From IMG/VR virus record IMGVR_UViG_3300049783_001607: a stretch of 64,000 nt of DNA, one strand, 5' to 3'. Shown piece after piece: positions 21,806 through 33,846 of the stretch. Every line of letters starts with the position of its first letter. Position 1 is the first letter of the stretch. The position numbers were made by a program, and so were the translations under genes. The notes below the pieces were generated by a model. The model made no database searches, had not been told where the DNA came from, and saw only the letters and a program-made list of their open reading frames with translations. The stretch is from a virus.

Positions 21806-23113
21806 TTATATCACCACTTTAAAAATTACTTGTTCTGGAATAGTTTTAGATAAACTTTTAGCATTATAAGCTTCTAGTTCTTCTACTATATCATATCCTT
21901 CTATATGATCGGCGTTTTGTACGTCTATTACAATAGGTTGAATATATCCATTTCTAGTTATATAACACATTTGTTGTGCTCTACTTCCAAGATTTAAAGC
22001 AATTTCATTGTATGAATTTGAACCAGCTAAACTTGAACTTCTTGCAAAATTGACTCCTACATTAGTATAATGAATATGTCCGCCAATAGTATAATCTATT
22101 TTAATTCCGTTCTGACTAAATCTCCCTACCGCACTTTGATTTTTATGCTGATTAGAAGTATACCTGCTAACATCGTGAGATACTAACCAGTTTAAACCTT
22201 CTATCTCTACAATTGTTTCAACTTTGTCAATGCTACCCCAAGTAATACCTTTAATTTTAGAGAATTGCAAGATTTTTTTAACACCGGCTACTATGGTAAA
22301 ATCATAATTATCGCTTAAACCCATGTCACTGAAAGTCATCTCTTTATTAACTCTACTTTCATTACCTAATACAGATACTATGCTTATTTTATAGCCTCTA
22401 TTTCTAACATCTAATATCGCTTGTAATAATAAATGTTGAACTAAAAGACTTGCTTTAGAACGGTTTGTAGCTTGATTTAAAAGCTCGTCTAAACGCCTAT
22501 CTGAATTTAATAAATCTCCTGTAATCATAATTACAACTTCTTTAACTTTTTCAGAATCGAATAAATCTAAAGATTTGTTAACATGTAGTTTTAATCTTTT
22601 TGCTCCTATTTTAAAATCATATCTATTATTAGGCAAATCTATAAGTTCATTGAAATGCGGATCAGATATTTGAAGGACCCCTACACCAGATGTTGTAGTT
22701 CTTCTTTTTAAAGGAGTTATATTTAATTTTTTAAGGTCTTTTGCATACAATTTAAATTGACCACTTAATTCTTTAGCGTATTGTGTAACTGCATTTTCAA
22801 TTCTAGCTTGAGATCTAAAGCTTTTTCTTTCGATTCGATTAATATCTTGATATTTTTGTTTTGATTTAGCTAATTTAACGTTATCAATTACAAGATCTCT
22901 ATCAACTAAATTTTTTAATATTTGAGTATTAAGCCTTTTTCTAAATGTTTTAACTGTAATATAAGGTTCTAATCCATCTCTTTGATGAATATATCTGGCT
23001 ACAGCTGATTTATTACCTATTAGTTCACTATCATTTAAAAATAGATCTGCGGCTTCTTCACCATATTCACTACAATCAACAACTTTATTTCTTGCATTCA
23101 GTTCATCTATCAT
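21806..23113 (-). CDS. calcineurin-like metallophosphoesterase with N-terminal helical region
   Basis: ISDPH, ITGDLL, LGNE, SHD, GGHIH. Confidence 0.75.
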   Translation of the reverse strand: MIDELNARNKVVDCSEYGEEAADLFLNDSELIGNKSAVARYIHQRDGLEPYITVKTFRKRLNTQILKNLVDRDLVIDNVKLAKSKQKYQDINRIERKSFRSQARIENAVTQYAKELSGQFKLYAKDLKKLNITPLKRRTTTSGVGVLQISDPHFNELIDLPNNRYDFKIGAKRLKLHVNKSLDLFDSEKVKEVVIMITGDLLNSDRRLDELLNQATNRSKASLLVQHLLLQAILDVRNRGYKISIVSVLGNESRVNKEMTFSDMGLSDNYDFTIVAGVKKILQFSKIKGITWGSIDKVETIVEIEGLNWLVSHDVSRYTSNQHKNQSAVGRFSQNGIKIDYTIGGHIHYTNVGVNFARSSSLAGSNSYNEIALNLGSRAQQMCYITRNGYIQPIVIDVQNADHIEGYDIVEELEAYNAKSLSKTIPEQVIFKVVI

Positions 23114-23541
23114 AATATTTTTTAAGGTTAAATTTCATATAATTAATGAAATACGTTTATGACCTCTATAATACGACAATATTACGTTTAAATAAAGAAA
23201 AGAGCGACTTATTTTGATTTTAATCTGTTTTAAAGATACTTTATTCTAATATAATTAAACTATTGGGGTTTTTAATATGAGATATTGTATTAGAATCATT
23301 AAGTACTTCAGCAGAAAATTTTACATTCCACCAAGTCTTTTTGTCGGGGCCATCTCTTCCTTTGACCCATACACATGTAAAATGCTGTAATACTCCTTTT
23401 CTTATAGAACCTGCAAAATTAAAAGCGACATTGCTTTTTCTTTTAAACTCTTTATTATAGCAATCAGTAGTTATTATGCCAGGTTTTTTTATTGCTAGTA
23501 CTGTTATTCTTATATTTCCTTTCATACTGTTTGTAGTTATA

Positions 23542-23799
23542 TTACTCAGTCTTTAAATCTATTGTCTTTTTATTTTCTTTAAGATTCATTATTTGATTAT
23601 CAATCATTGCGGCACTTATTTCAGCTCTAATTGTATCTGCTATTAGTCTTTGTGCTACTCTAGCTTGATCTAGACTTATACGCTTATTTTCTAATGCATC
23701 TAATACAAGTATAGCGTGATTAGATACTGTTTTTAAATTTTTAGATACTGTCTTTAATTTTTTTTCAATTTTATCTGAATTTGTTTTTTTAAGCTTCAT
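23542..23799 (-). CDS. small helical protein, partner of the Zn-finger gene; paralog of 33572-33838
   Basis: ISLDQA...IS A..I.NQI shared with 33572. Confidence 0.6.
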   Translation of the reverse strand: MKLKKTNSDKIEKKLKTVSKNLKTVSNHAILVLDALENKRISLDQARVAQRLIADTIRAEISAAMIDNQIMNLKENKKTIDLKTE

Positions 23800-24259
23800 T
23801 TATTTTTAATTTTCTAGTTAATAAAATAAGATTTTTTTTAGCTTCTTCCATATCAGGTGTTATGCAATCATGGATTAAAGAATATTCTGGAGTATTTAAA
23901 TTAATACGTATAAGATATTGTCTAAATCCTGTAGCTAGAGTATCTCTTATATACCCTTTTCTAAGAGAATGTATTCCTTTTACTGTATCTATTTTTTTAG
24001 TTGTTAAAAATTTATTTTTGTCTGTTTTTAATTGTTTTTTAACATATTCTTGTCTGCTGTCTGCTGAACAACTATAACAATGAGAAGAAAAAAATTTTCT
24101 ATTATTATTTTTGTTTAAACTCAAGCTAAAACGGTTTAATTTTTTTACAACTTTGCATTTAGAGCACCGCCTGATTTTTTTTTCTAAACACTCTTTAAGG
24201 TATGCTCTAGGAGTTTTACTAGTTGTTATTAATTCAGGTAATTCATCTATATTTATCAT
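23789..24259 (-). CDS. Zn-finger protein (CxxC...CxxC); paralog of 33148-33579
   Basis: RRCSKCKVVK, HCYSC, YIR..L, E.KK..I.L.R. Confidence 0.65.
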   Translation of the reverse strand: MINIDELPELITTSKTPRAYLKECLEKKIRRCSKCKVVKKLNRFSLSLNKNNNRKFFSSHCYSCSADSRQEYVKKQLKTDKNKFLTTKKIDTVKGIHSLRKGYIRDTLATGFRQYLIRINLNTPEYSLIHDCITPDMEEAKKNLILLTRKLKINEA

Positions 24260-24267
24260 AAACTTAA

Positions 24268-27230
24268 TTAATCTATTTTATCTATAATACGATTGATATT
24301 AAGCTTAATTTCAATTATATTGCGTGCTATTTTATCTGATACAAGGTTAAAAAGTGCTATAAGATCATAATGCTCACGGTCTTCAAAATCTATTTTTTCC
24401 TGGCCACGGTCGTCATCTTTAATATGATGTTCTGTTCTATCAAATTTTTTATTTAATACTTCGCTTTTATTTTTTAATTCGTTAAGATTTAATGATAGTC
24501 TTTCAAGATTTTCATAAGCTCCTATTAATGTATTTGAAGCGCTCAGGGATTCGCCTTCTTCCATAGGAATGGGATTATAAGTTTTTTGTTTTTGATCCAT
24601 ATTTATATTTTTAATTGGTTATTAATATTTTTTAAGTAAATCAGATTTTCTTTCTTTTTCAAGTGCCCTTCTTTGCATAATAGAAAATTTTTCTTTCTCT
24701 TGTTTAATTTTAATTTCTTCCTTTCTAAAAAGGACTAGTTTTTCAAAGTCTTCTTGCCATTTTCCTTTATGTATCCATCCATATTCTTCTGTCCACCCAG
24801 CGTTCCCTGAAATAATTCCATAGACTTCTACGGCATTTGAATTTAAACATGTATTTACACTTCCATTATACTTTGCTTCTTCCCCTTCAGGTAATATCTG
24901 TATTCTAAATGTTGTACCTCTTGCATGGTGACCGCTTGTAATGTAAAGTTTTCCGTATTGTCCAGTGCTAAATAACATGGCATATTCGCTTGCTCCTTTC
25001 ATATTTTTGAATTATTTATTTGTTAAATTTAAAACTCTACATTGTTTTTATTTCGTTTACGTTTTTAAAGTTAAAACAAAAACATATCCATTCAGCATGT
25101 TCTAGAGCTTCCGCTTTTGCTTTAATATTTAGAAAGCCATTTCCTTTTTTATTATTTTGAGAATACGGTATTATTGCAATTTTATATTTAGTTCCAGTGC
25201 TCATACTAAGAATGTTCCATGCGTAAATACTTTTACTATGCTCAATTTTTACTTTTATATTAATAGGTTTCATAAGCTTTATTGTTAGTAATTATTGTTT
25301 TTATCCAAAAGATTTACGGGCGTCTTCTTCGTTGTCAAATATTCTACAACCCCAAATATTGTGTTCTTTTTTACCTGAACCATCCCAATTTACTTCACTT
25401 TTATTTTCTTTCATATATTGTATAACTGCATCATCAAAATTTTTTGCTTCATAATTTCCTAGCATTACTGCTCCGCTGCTTTCTCCTGTAGCAGAAAATC
25501 CTTCCAACCATAAAAAAATACTTTTGTTACCTGTTAATTCTTCAGTGTTATTTCCTATGCAATCAGTGCCTAATACAAAATTTTTTTTGCGATTTTGACA
25601 ACCGTTATCATCACAGTAATTCATTGTACATTTTTCTTCAGGTGTTTCACAAAACGACCATGGTGTTTTATTTTCCATATTTTAATCAATTAAATTATTT
25701 TCTTTTAGATAATCTTTAAACTCTGGCTTTAAAGATGTTTGTTCTATTTCTGTCCAACCCCAATGCCTATATTGTTTAACTACAGTACTTCCAAATGAAC
25801 GGCAATATATTTTTTTATTTTCTATTTTAATTTCTACTCCTTTATAATTAATTAGAGTGCTTATTACATTCATTAGTATTGTAATTAAATTATTATTTCT
25901 CGTTTTTATTTGAAAAAGATTCAATAATCATATTATCAGCTAATTTAAATGCTCTTGTAGTTATTAAATCTTCTCTAATCATATTTTCATCGCAGGAAAA
26001 ATATTTTGGATTAGACAATAACCCTTGTAACGCTTTGCCAGCAAAATAATTTCTCAATTTCTTTTTTTTCTTCATGCTCGTTATTTTATTATTCAATTAG
26101 TTCTACTACCTCAATTACTTTCTTCCCAATCATCATCGTGCCATGGTCCAAAAACTTCCCAAGCTTTCGGTCTTTGTCTTTGCGGTTCTCTTTCAGGTCT
26201 ACTTGCTAAATAAGCAGCGGACGCAGGAGATATTCTAGTTGTATTGTTTTGTTTTTCAGGTGTTACAGTATTCCAGTATTTATCTTTACATTTTGTTTTG
26301 CCTCTAGTTTTACAAAAAGCTTGCTGATAATTTGTTTTTTTAAACTCGGTTCCGCAAGAAGGGCAAATACAAATGTCATTAACTTTTGCAGCTTTAGCTA
26401 ATTTATATTTTTCCTTTATTTTTTTCATATAATTTGTTATTTAATTTTTCTAAGGCGTCAAATCTTTCTTGGCCAAACCATAAAGTATTATCTTTTTGTA
26501 ATTCTATCAATCTTTCTCTTTGTAAATGTTCAGGTTTAGTTAATCCACGATAAACCTGTATTTCACATTTGTGACCGGCTTTTGTTCCACAATTTATACA
26601 TCTGTTATTAGCGTGACTGTTTACTCTATCTATACAGTCAATAAATTTTTTTGAATTTTGTTTCGTATCCATAGCGTAATTATTATAAAATATTAGTATT
26701 TGTAAATTATTAAATAAATTAATAATTACCTGTTGCACCCATAACTATTTCTAAAGTATTACTTGAAGGAATTCTATTTTTAGGTAATCTTTTAATTTCA
26801 TTTACTGTATAGCCTTGACTTTTCATAAGAATTTTAAAGCTTTCAAATGATGTGCTGTGCGTACCCGCTCCAGGAAGTTTGTAACTTATATTTTTCATTT
26901 GTACAGAACTGATTTTTGCATCTGTTTCAAAAACAACAGGAATAAAATAATATCCTTGGTTGTCTTCTTTATAAATAAATCTTTCCATGGTTTTTAATTT
27001 TTTATAAGGTATTCACAACGAGGGCATTGTTTTAAACAGCGTCTTCCTTGTCCTCTTAGTTTGTAACCTTCACAATAATATTTATTGGTAGCTTTTAATT
27101 TTTTAAGTGCACGCTTTAAAAGTTTAATTTTTTTTGCCATAGAAATAATAAAGTCTGAATTTGATTCTATTTTTAAAAAAATCAGTTGTTTTTCAATATC
27201 CTGTTTTAGCAAACGGATTTTTTCTTTCAT
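24268..27230 (-). other. cluster of short accessory hypothetical ORFs, including an LRNYFAGKALQG protein (25893-26096) and a Zn-ribbon protein (26111-26428)
   Basis: Co-oriented ORFs carrying common phage motifs. Confidence 0.6.
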
Positions 27231-27430
27231 GCTTTTCCTCAGTAATTTTTAATTATTATTTATTATAAAATATTCTTCGTTAGATTTAAAACCAGAGTAT
27301 TTTAAATAATTTTTTACTTATTGAACACTTTCCTTTTTTTAGTATCAAAACTAACATGAGTATTCTTTTTCGTCGGATTTTATTAATGCCCTAGTTTTAA
27401 ATTAATAGTTTAAATTATAAATAGTATTTA

Positions 27431-27526
27431 AATATAAGTAATGTAGTGATGTAGAAGTTAAATGCGCTCTACATTTCTAGAAGCATCTAGACACTACCCC
27501 CCCTGTAGTGCTACATTACTTATATT
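27431..27526. ncRNA. candidate structured element: four-way junction
   Basis: 16-bp perfect closing stem enclosing three hairpins (atgtag/ctacat, ctaga/tctag, cactac/gtagtg) in intergenic DNA. Confidence 0.5.
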
Positions 27527-27703
27527 ATTAATATTAGAAAGATTGTCTCTTATCTGTAAGAACTTCACGATTTTCATTAACAGTCCTGTAATTTAAATTA
27601 TCTGTTCCTACACTTGCCCAAGCAATCGCCTCATTTCCCCAAGTACTAACTGTAATCCATTCTGTACCATTGAAATATTGTAATTCAATCATTTTTTTTT
27701 ACT

Positions 27704-28069
27704 TTAATATTTTACATTTTTTACCCAACTAAGTAATTTAGCGTCTGTAATAAATTTATCTTCGTTAAAATCTGCTAACGATAAAGACAATATATTTTCA
27801 ATTCCTTTTTTACATTGTTCATCCTCACATAATTTCCATTCTTTATATGACGTTATAATTTCTTGTCTTTTTGCTTTAGTAAAACTATTGGTCTCTTCAA
27901 AAATTTCTCTATCTGCGTTTTTTAAAGCTTTCCCAACAGTTTTTTTATAACCTACTCCAAACCAACCAAAACCATAACTTAAAGTCAACAACAGTATTAT
28001 CCCTAATAAAAGTAATCCTATGTTTTTAAATATGCTTTTCATATTAATGAAGTTTGATTGGTGAAACAA
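27704..28069 (-). CDS. membrane-anchored protein, partner of the lipoprotein
   Basis: N-terminal transmembrane helix; overlaps the lipoprotein gene. Confidence 0.6.
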   Translation of the reverse strand: MFHQSNFINMKSIFKNIGLLLLGIILLLTLSYGFGWFGVGYKKTVGKALKNADREIFEETNSFTKAKRQEIITSYKEWKLCEDEQCKKGIENILSLSLADFNEDKFITDAKLLSWVKNVKY

Positions 28070-28568
28070 TAATTAACGGCTCAATATAAACTGGATGCGG
28101 CTTTCCTTTTTCATCTAAAAGCATATACCACGTTGCGCTTGTAGAAGTAGGCATAAATAAACCATTAGGGTCTGCTTGAGGTACAATAGCTGCGTCATTT
28201 GAATGATAACTAGTAATTCCATAATCAGTAACATCAACTAGCTTTTGAGGGCTTGTAAATTGCGTTGCTGCCGGTATTCCAAAACCGATTCCCCTACCTA
28301 GAAATTGACCTACTTTGCCGTTCATTTCGTTAACTAGATAGCAGTAAGTAATTAAATTTTCTTGATCTCTTAATTCTAAGATCATTTTCATTAATTTACG
28401 TTCTTTAAAGTTAATAATAGCCGGCATTCCAACTTGTTTTTGCATTTCGCTTAAACTTTGTTCAGTTTGAAGTTGCTGGGTTTTATCCGCCGTGTTTTTT
28501 GGTAATTGTGCATCACAACTTGTAAATAACCCAATAGCAATAATTAAAATAGTCAGTAATTTTTTCAT
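28044..28568 (-). CDS. phage lipoprotein
   Basis: Signal peptide with lipobox LFTS-C; QADPNGLF motif. Confidence 0.7.
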   Translation of the reverse strand: MKKLLTILIIAIGLFTSCDAQLPKNTADKTQQLQTEQSLSEMQKQVGMPAIINFKERKLMKMILELRDQENLITYCYLVNEMNGKVGQFLGRGIGFGIPAATQFTSPQKLVDVTDYGITSYHSNDAAIVPQADPNGLFMPTSTSATWYMLLDEKGKPHPVYIEPLIIVSPIKLH

Positions 28569-28917
28569 TTTTAATATTTAATTTAATTTTTGCTTACTCT
28601 ACTAGGTTTTCAGCGACCCCTTCTTTTATATGTGTTGTTAATATTTCTTCAAAAACTTTTATCCACTCATTTCTAAATAAAATTTTGCTTTTTGAGCTTA
28701 ACAAAAACCAATAATTATTATTAATTAGTTGTCTGCTCATACTAGTTACTTTTAATCCGTCAAATATTTTATCATCTAGATTTTTTCTTTTATCTTTTAC
28801 GTATCTATAAAATTTTTTTTCTTCGTTATTTAAAATAGATTTAGGGTACATTTCATCTACATTTAAATTTGAATCAAGATGTTTCTCTAAGTTCTTTTTC
28901 ATATTTATCTAAGGCTT

Positions 28918-29230
28918 CTAAATAGTTTTTACATTGTAAAATTTAAACTCTATATAAGATTCTAATGCTTCTGATTTGTAAGACGCATTGAATTCTTTTG
29001 ATGTCACACTTCCAAAATTCCGGCTTCTAGAATAAAAAAAATATTACTTTTAATTTTTCAACCTTGTGAAAATAGCCTCCTCCAATAATTCCTGAATGTT
29101 CTTTTACAAGATCTCTATGTAAAGATACATTTCCCATTATAAGAATATTATCTTTAATTATCCATTTATTATGGGCTATGTAACATTTTTCATCACTGTT
29201 AAAACTGAAATTGTTTGATAAATACACCAT
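28918..29230 (-). pseudogene. probably frameshifted gene at a T8 run (29034-29041)
   Basis: Removing one T extends the ORF as ...VIFFYSRSRNFGSVT... to a stop at 28918. Confidence 0.4.
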
Positions 29231-31209
29231 AAAAGCATTTGTTTTCTTGCTTTTTTATCTAAATTATAGACAAAAATCATGTAAAAAGCTACTAATATAC
29301 CTATTACAGGAAGCCATAAAATAATTTCTAAAATTTTTTGGGTATCTCCAAGGTTTTTAAAGTTTTTAAATTTAATTTTCATTTTGTTTGTTTTAATTAT
29401 TAATCAACTTTTTTTACATATAATTCAAGAAACTCTTTATCTATATAAAATAAAATGTTGTAATCTTCAAATTGTATTTTAACATTTGCTTCATGATGTT
29501 CTGAACATTCTTCACATAAATAAGGGGTTTTACAATCTAGCTCGACAACTAAAGCAGGTATATTCAGTAATTCTGGAGTCATACTTTTTAATTGTACTCC
29601 ATCTGAACTTACTAACATATAAGTAAATATTTCATGTGAAATCATAACTAGATCTCCTATAACTAAATCTAAATCATCATTTAATGAGGGAGATTTAGTT
29701 ACATCAAATCCAAAAATATCTTCCATATTATTTATAGCTAAAGATCTATTGCCTATATCTATATCTAAAGATTCAAAATAAGCTTTGAAGTTGGCTGCTG
29801 TATCTAGTGTTTTTAAAGGTAATAGATTGTCAGTACATTCATCCATTGCCAAAGTTAAAACTAATAAAGGTATACAATTAAGGTATAATATTCTTTCTTC
29901 TTTACTTATTCTATTAAAGATGTCATATTTAGCTATTTTTGTTAGGAAAGCAGTGCTGTCTTCTACAGAAGTTAAACCAGCTCTAAACAACATAGCAGTT
30001 TTTATAGTTATTATTAAAAGTTTTTTACGCTCTTCATTTAATTTTTTTTCTTCGTCCATAATAATTTATTTAATTAGTTTTGCTTGGTAATATATACATA
30101 CAAAACAATAATACTATTAAAGGCGATGCTAAAATACTTACTATCATAGCTAATATTGCTGAGATAGTGTTATAGCCTTTGTCTTTTACTGCGGCGTATA
30201 CTAGTATAAATAAATATAATAATACTCCTAATACTACAAGTTCTATCATAGTTATTTTATTTTTTGTATTTGAGTTATTAAAAAATAGATAAAAAGAGAT
30301 GTTATTAATAAATAAAAATAATATTTCATAAGCATTTTAACATCGTTTATATTATCTCTAAGAGGTTTTAAAGTTACAACATTTAAAATAAATAGCAATA
30401 TACCTAAACCAATAGGAGTTGTTAATAATATAAGAAATTCAGTTACAGGCATAAGTATATATTTTAGTTGTGTTATTCATTTATTTTTTGTTTCTTTACG
30501 TATGTTTATTTAATTACTTTAACGTAAAGTGGTCTTTGCTTTAAATTTTTAATGATTTTATTTGGTTAATTTACCTCTCTAACATTAAGCTAGAGAGGTT
30601 TTTTATTTAAAACGGCCTTGGCTTAAATAAAATTTTTTTTACTTCTACTTTTCCACCCATGGTTACAATACTAGTATACTTTTTACATGCTTTAGCTTCA
30701 ATAGCTTTAACATCTTCTATGTCAACTACATCTATAGATATTTTTCGTTCTACTGACTCAGTGCTTAAAGAAATTAAAGCAATTACACTAATTCGAATTG
30801 TTTTTTTTAACGCTTGTTTCATTTTTAGAATTGTTTATTAGTAATTTATTAGTAAATTCGTTTGTAGTTAAAAAGTAGGGTAGTGTAGTTACTCTTTCAT
30901 TTTTTCCTTTAATGTCAGTTATTTTAAATACTCCAGGTATTTTTAATCCGTTTATAGCGGCAAAATTAACAGATACAAAATAAGTACTAATTAATTTTTT
31001 AAATTGATATACTTTTATTTCAGCTAAAGCCCTAAATTTATTATATTTAATATCGATTGTGTATTTACTCAGGTCTTTAATATCAATATTTTTAACTTCA
31101 TGGAAAGGGGGAACTGTTTGAGCTCCTAAATTATTATTTACCATTAAAAAAATTGTTGTAGCTACTGTAAGTTTTATTTCATTTTCCATAACGTTTATTT
31201 TTAATAGTT

Positions 31210-31515
31210 TTATATATAAAGATCAATTATATTCTTTATTTCAATTATTTTATTTTCTTCTTTGTAAGTCCTGTATTTAAGCTTGTTTTTTTGATATATA
31301 AACATAGCTGGAGTGGAAGTTATTTTTAATGCTTTACGTAAAACATTGTTATTATCGACATTTATTTTAGTTAGGATAATATTCGAAGTATAGTTGTCCA
31401 CCAATTTTTCTAACTGGGGTTGAACTTTATCTTCTTGATTTAATTTTCTAGAGTAAAAACAAATTACATTTAATGTATCTGATTTTATTATGTCTCCAAA
31501 AGGTTTTTGTGTCAT
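31210..31515 (-). CDS. thioredoxin-fold protein lacking CxxC
   Basis: VICFYS...PQLEKL...KINVD...ITSTPAM (cis-Pro motif); no WCxxC. Confidence 0.6.
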   Translation of the reverse strand: MTQKPFGDIIKSDTLNVICFYSRKLNQEDKVQPQLEKLVDNYTSNIILTKINVDNNNVLRKALKITSTPAMFIYQKNKLKYRTYKEENKIIEIKNIIDLYI

Positions 31516-31906
31516 TTATATTTGTTTTATTAGGTACATTTTATTTCTTTGGCATCTTTTCATTAAAAGACGGTATCATTACAGGTATAAAGAAAAAACA
31601 CTAATATTAGTACAATGTTATATCTACAGTTTATTGCGGAAACTTTTGAAAGATATTATAGTGTTAAAGAAATTTGCTGCATCATACGCCGCAACTTATA
31701 TTAAATTGGTATATTTCATAGATTTTTAATAGTGTCTTACCTCTTATTGATTCCATCTACTAGTTTCAGCTCTCCAATTAATTCAGATTAACCGTATAGG
31801 CGTTTTCTTACTTTGCTTACTTACTAGTCTCTTCAGATTCAAAGACACTTTTAAATTCGATATGATTTTATTATTAATGCTCATATCTATTTTTACATTA
31901 GTCTTA

Positions 31907-32491
31907 TTAAACTCTTAGACATTGAGTAATATTAACAGTATTGTCCTGGTTTAGTTTGAGAACTAATCTAGGTTTTACATTTTTTGGGAATGATTGTTTT
32001 ATTATACTACCATTTTGTTCATACTCAATCTCATATTCTCCATCAGGATCATTAACAAATTTTTCTAGAAACGATTGATGTAGTCCCGGTATTTTTTTAC
32101 TTATTATTTGTGAAGAAGTTGAACCTGCAGGCACTAATTTTTTAATAATAAGCGAAAGATCAGTAGTTGCTATTAACTTAAAAATATTATTTCTTAGTTT
32201 TGTTTTACCTTTGCTGTAATACATATCAAGAGCTAAATTTATTTCGCAGTCTTTAGAAGCTATTTCTAATCTATTCATGTGCCGATTAAAAATATTATCG
32301 CCTTTTTTAATAGGTTCTACATATTGTGATATTATTATGTGTAGATGTTGAATTTGAATTAGTGATTCTACAACTTTACCTATTAAAGTGTCGTTAATAG
32401 TTAATAAAGCGCCCTCTTCAAAATGTTTGACTGTATGATTTTTTATTATTTCTTCTGTCGGTAACATTATTATCTTTATTAAGTGCTTCAT
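31907..32491 (-). CDS. mosaic paralog family M, copy 1
   Basis: MLPTE / SQ.VEPIK / IATTD / L.QSFL..FV..PDGE.E.EY / LKLNQDNTVNIT blocks. Confidence 0.8.
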   Translation of the reverse strand: MKHLIKIIMLPTEEIIKNHTVKHFEEGALLTINDTLIGKVVESLIQIQHLHIIISQYVEPIKKGDNIFNRHMNRLEIASKDCEINLALDMYYSKGKTKLRNNIFKLIATTDLSLIIKKLVPAGSTSSQIISKKIPGLHQSFLEKFVNDPDGEYEIEYEQNGSIIKQSFPKNVKPRLVLKLNQDNTVNITQCLRV

Positions 32492-32494
32492 ATT

Positions 32495-33142
32495 TTATAG
32501 ATTTTCTTTAATCCAATCGTTTAGAAAAAATACTCCATCTGTTCCTATTGTAGCTTCATTATTAGCTCTTAACATATCATGCATTAATTGAGAAACTTCA
32601 CTTATAGGTAGCATCTTTTCTTTTACAGAAGTAATATTCACAGTATTGTCTTGGTTTAGTTTGAGTTTACTAGACACTTTATGAATACCATTTTTCCCTT
32701 TAAAAGATATTACACTACAGTTAGTATATTCAACCTCAAACTCTCCATTAGAGTTACTAGCAACAAACTCTTTTAAAAATGATTGTTGTAGTTCAGGTAT
32801 TAAATCATAAGGAATATATTTATTTGATAAATTAAGCTTAGGATCAGTAGTCGCTATAATTTTAAACTCTGTATCTGATTTAAGTAAAGTTTTTTCTGAG
32901 TCATTCTTAAATATGTTGTTTGATTTAATATTATAAAACCAATCATCTACTTTAATAGGCTCTACATCTTGTGATACTGTTATGTATACGTGTTGGTTAC
33001 TGCCGTAGTTTTTATTATCTTTAGAATAAATTCCTGATTCCAGGTACATTAAATATGGAGGGAAAAATTTCCTGTTAACTGTTCTATGTATATTAATGTT
33101 ATCGTCTGTCGGCAGCATTACTACCTCTATTTTGTGCATCAT
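32495..33142 (-). CDS. mosaic paralog family M, copy 2
   Basis: Same five conserved blocks plus C-terminal WIKENL. Confidence 0.8.
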   Translation of the reverse strand: MMHKIEVVMLPTDDNINIHRTVNRKFFPPYLMYLESGIYSKDNKNYGSNQHVYITVSQDVEPIKVDDWFYNIKSNNIFKNDSEKTLLKSDTEFKIIATTDPKLNLSNKYIPYDLIPELQQSFLKEFVASNSNGEFEVEYTNCSVISFKGKNGIHKVSSKLKLNQDNTVNITSVKEKMLPISEVSQLMHDMLRANNEATIGTDGVFFLNDWIKENL

Positions 33143-33147
33143 AATTA

Positions 33148-33579
33148 TTAGTGTAATAATCTAAAAAGTCGTATACTTTGCCTCTTAAGTTCTATTAAAT
33201 GTATTGGTATTTCAACTTTGATTTTTTTAGATACTAAGTGTTTATTCTTAGCTTGGTCGTTTATGAGTTGTCTTACATAACAAGGTTTTAAAAGTGATAT
33301 CTGTAGTTTAGCATTTTTAGCATTCAATTCTACAATTCTTTTAGGGTGTCTAAGTATGTAATTTCTGGCAGCTTTTTTCACTGAGTCTTTAAAGCCTGGA
33401 GTATGTTTATATCGCTTATTAAATTTTTTTTTAGCGCATGTTTTACAGACTCCTTGTACAGGCCACAAAGTATCTGTTTTTTTTGAAAATTCTTTAAACG
33501 GTTTTTCTTCTTTACAACAGGTGCATACCCTTCTTTTTTTTAGTATGCATTCTTCCCTGTACTTTTTTTCTTTATTCAT
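33148..33579 (-). CDS. Zn-finger protein; paralog of 23789-24259
   Basis: RVCTCCKEEK, VCKTC, YVRQLI, LIELKRQSIRLFR. Confidence 0.65.
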   Translation of the reverse strand: MNKEKKYREECILKKRRVCTCCKEEKPFKEFSKKTDTLWPVQGVCKTCAKKKFNKRYKHTPGFKDSVKKAARNYILRHPKRIVELNAKNAKLQISLLKPCYVRQLINDQAKNKHLVSKKIKVEIPIHLIELKRQSIRLFRLLH

Positions 33580-33838
33580 GGCTTTCTGTAGGTAAGATAG
33601 TAATTTGATTTCTTATAAAATGAGCGCTAATTATTGCTTTAGCTGCTGAATTATAAGTTTTATATAATGTCAAAGCTTGTTGTCTACTTATATCCCCTTT
33701 TAAAAAAGCGTCTCCTACTAATTCTAATTTTTTAGCTAATATAACAGATGCATTTGCACTATCGATAGAGTTTTCATCTAATTCTTGTCTAAATATTGTC
33801 ACTTCATTTAACTCGTTTGTAAAATCTTTTTTATTCAT
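33572..33838 (-). CDS. small helical partner protein; paralog of 23542-23799
   Basis: ISRQQA...IISAHFIRNQI. Confidence 0.6.
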   Translation of the reverse strand: MNKKDFTNELNEVTIFRQELDENSIDSANASVILAKKLELVGDAFLKGDISRQQALTLYKTYNSAAKAIISAHFIRNQITILPTESHE

Positions 33839-33846
33839 GATATTAT

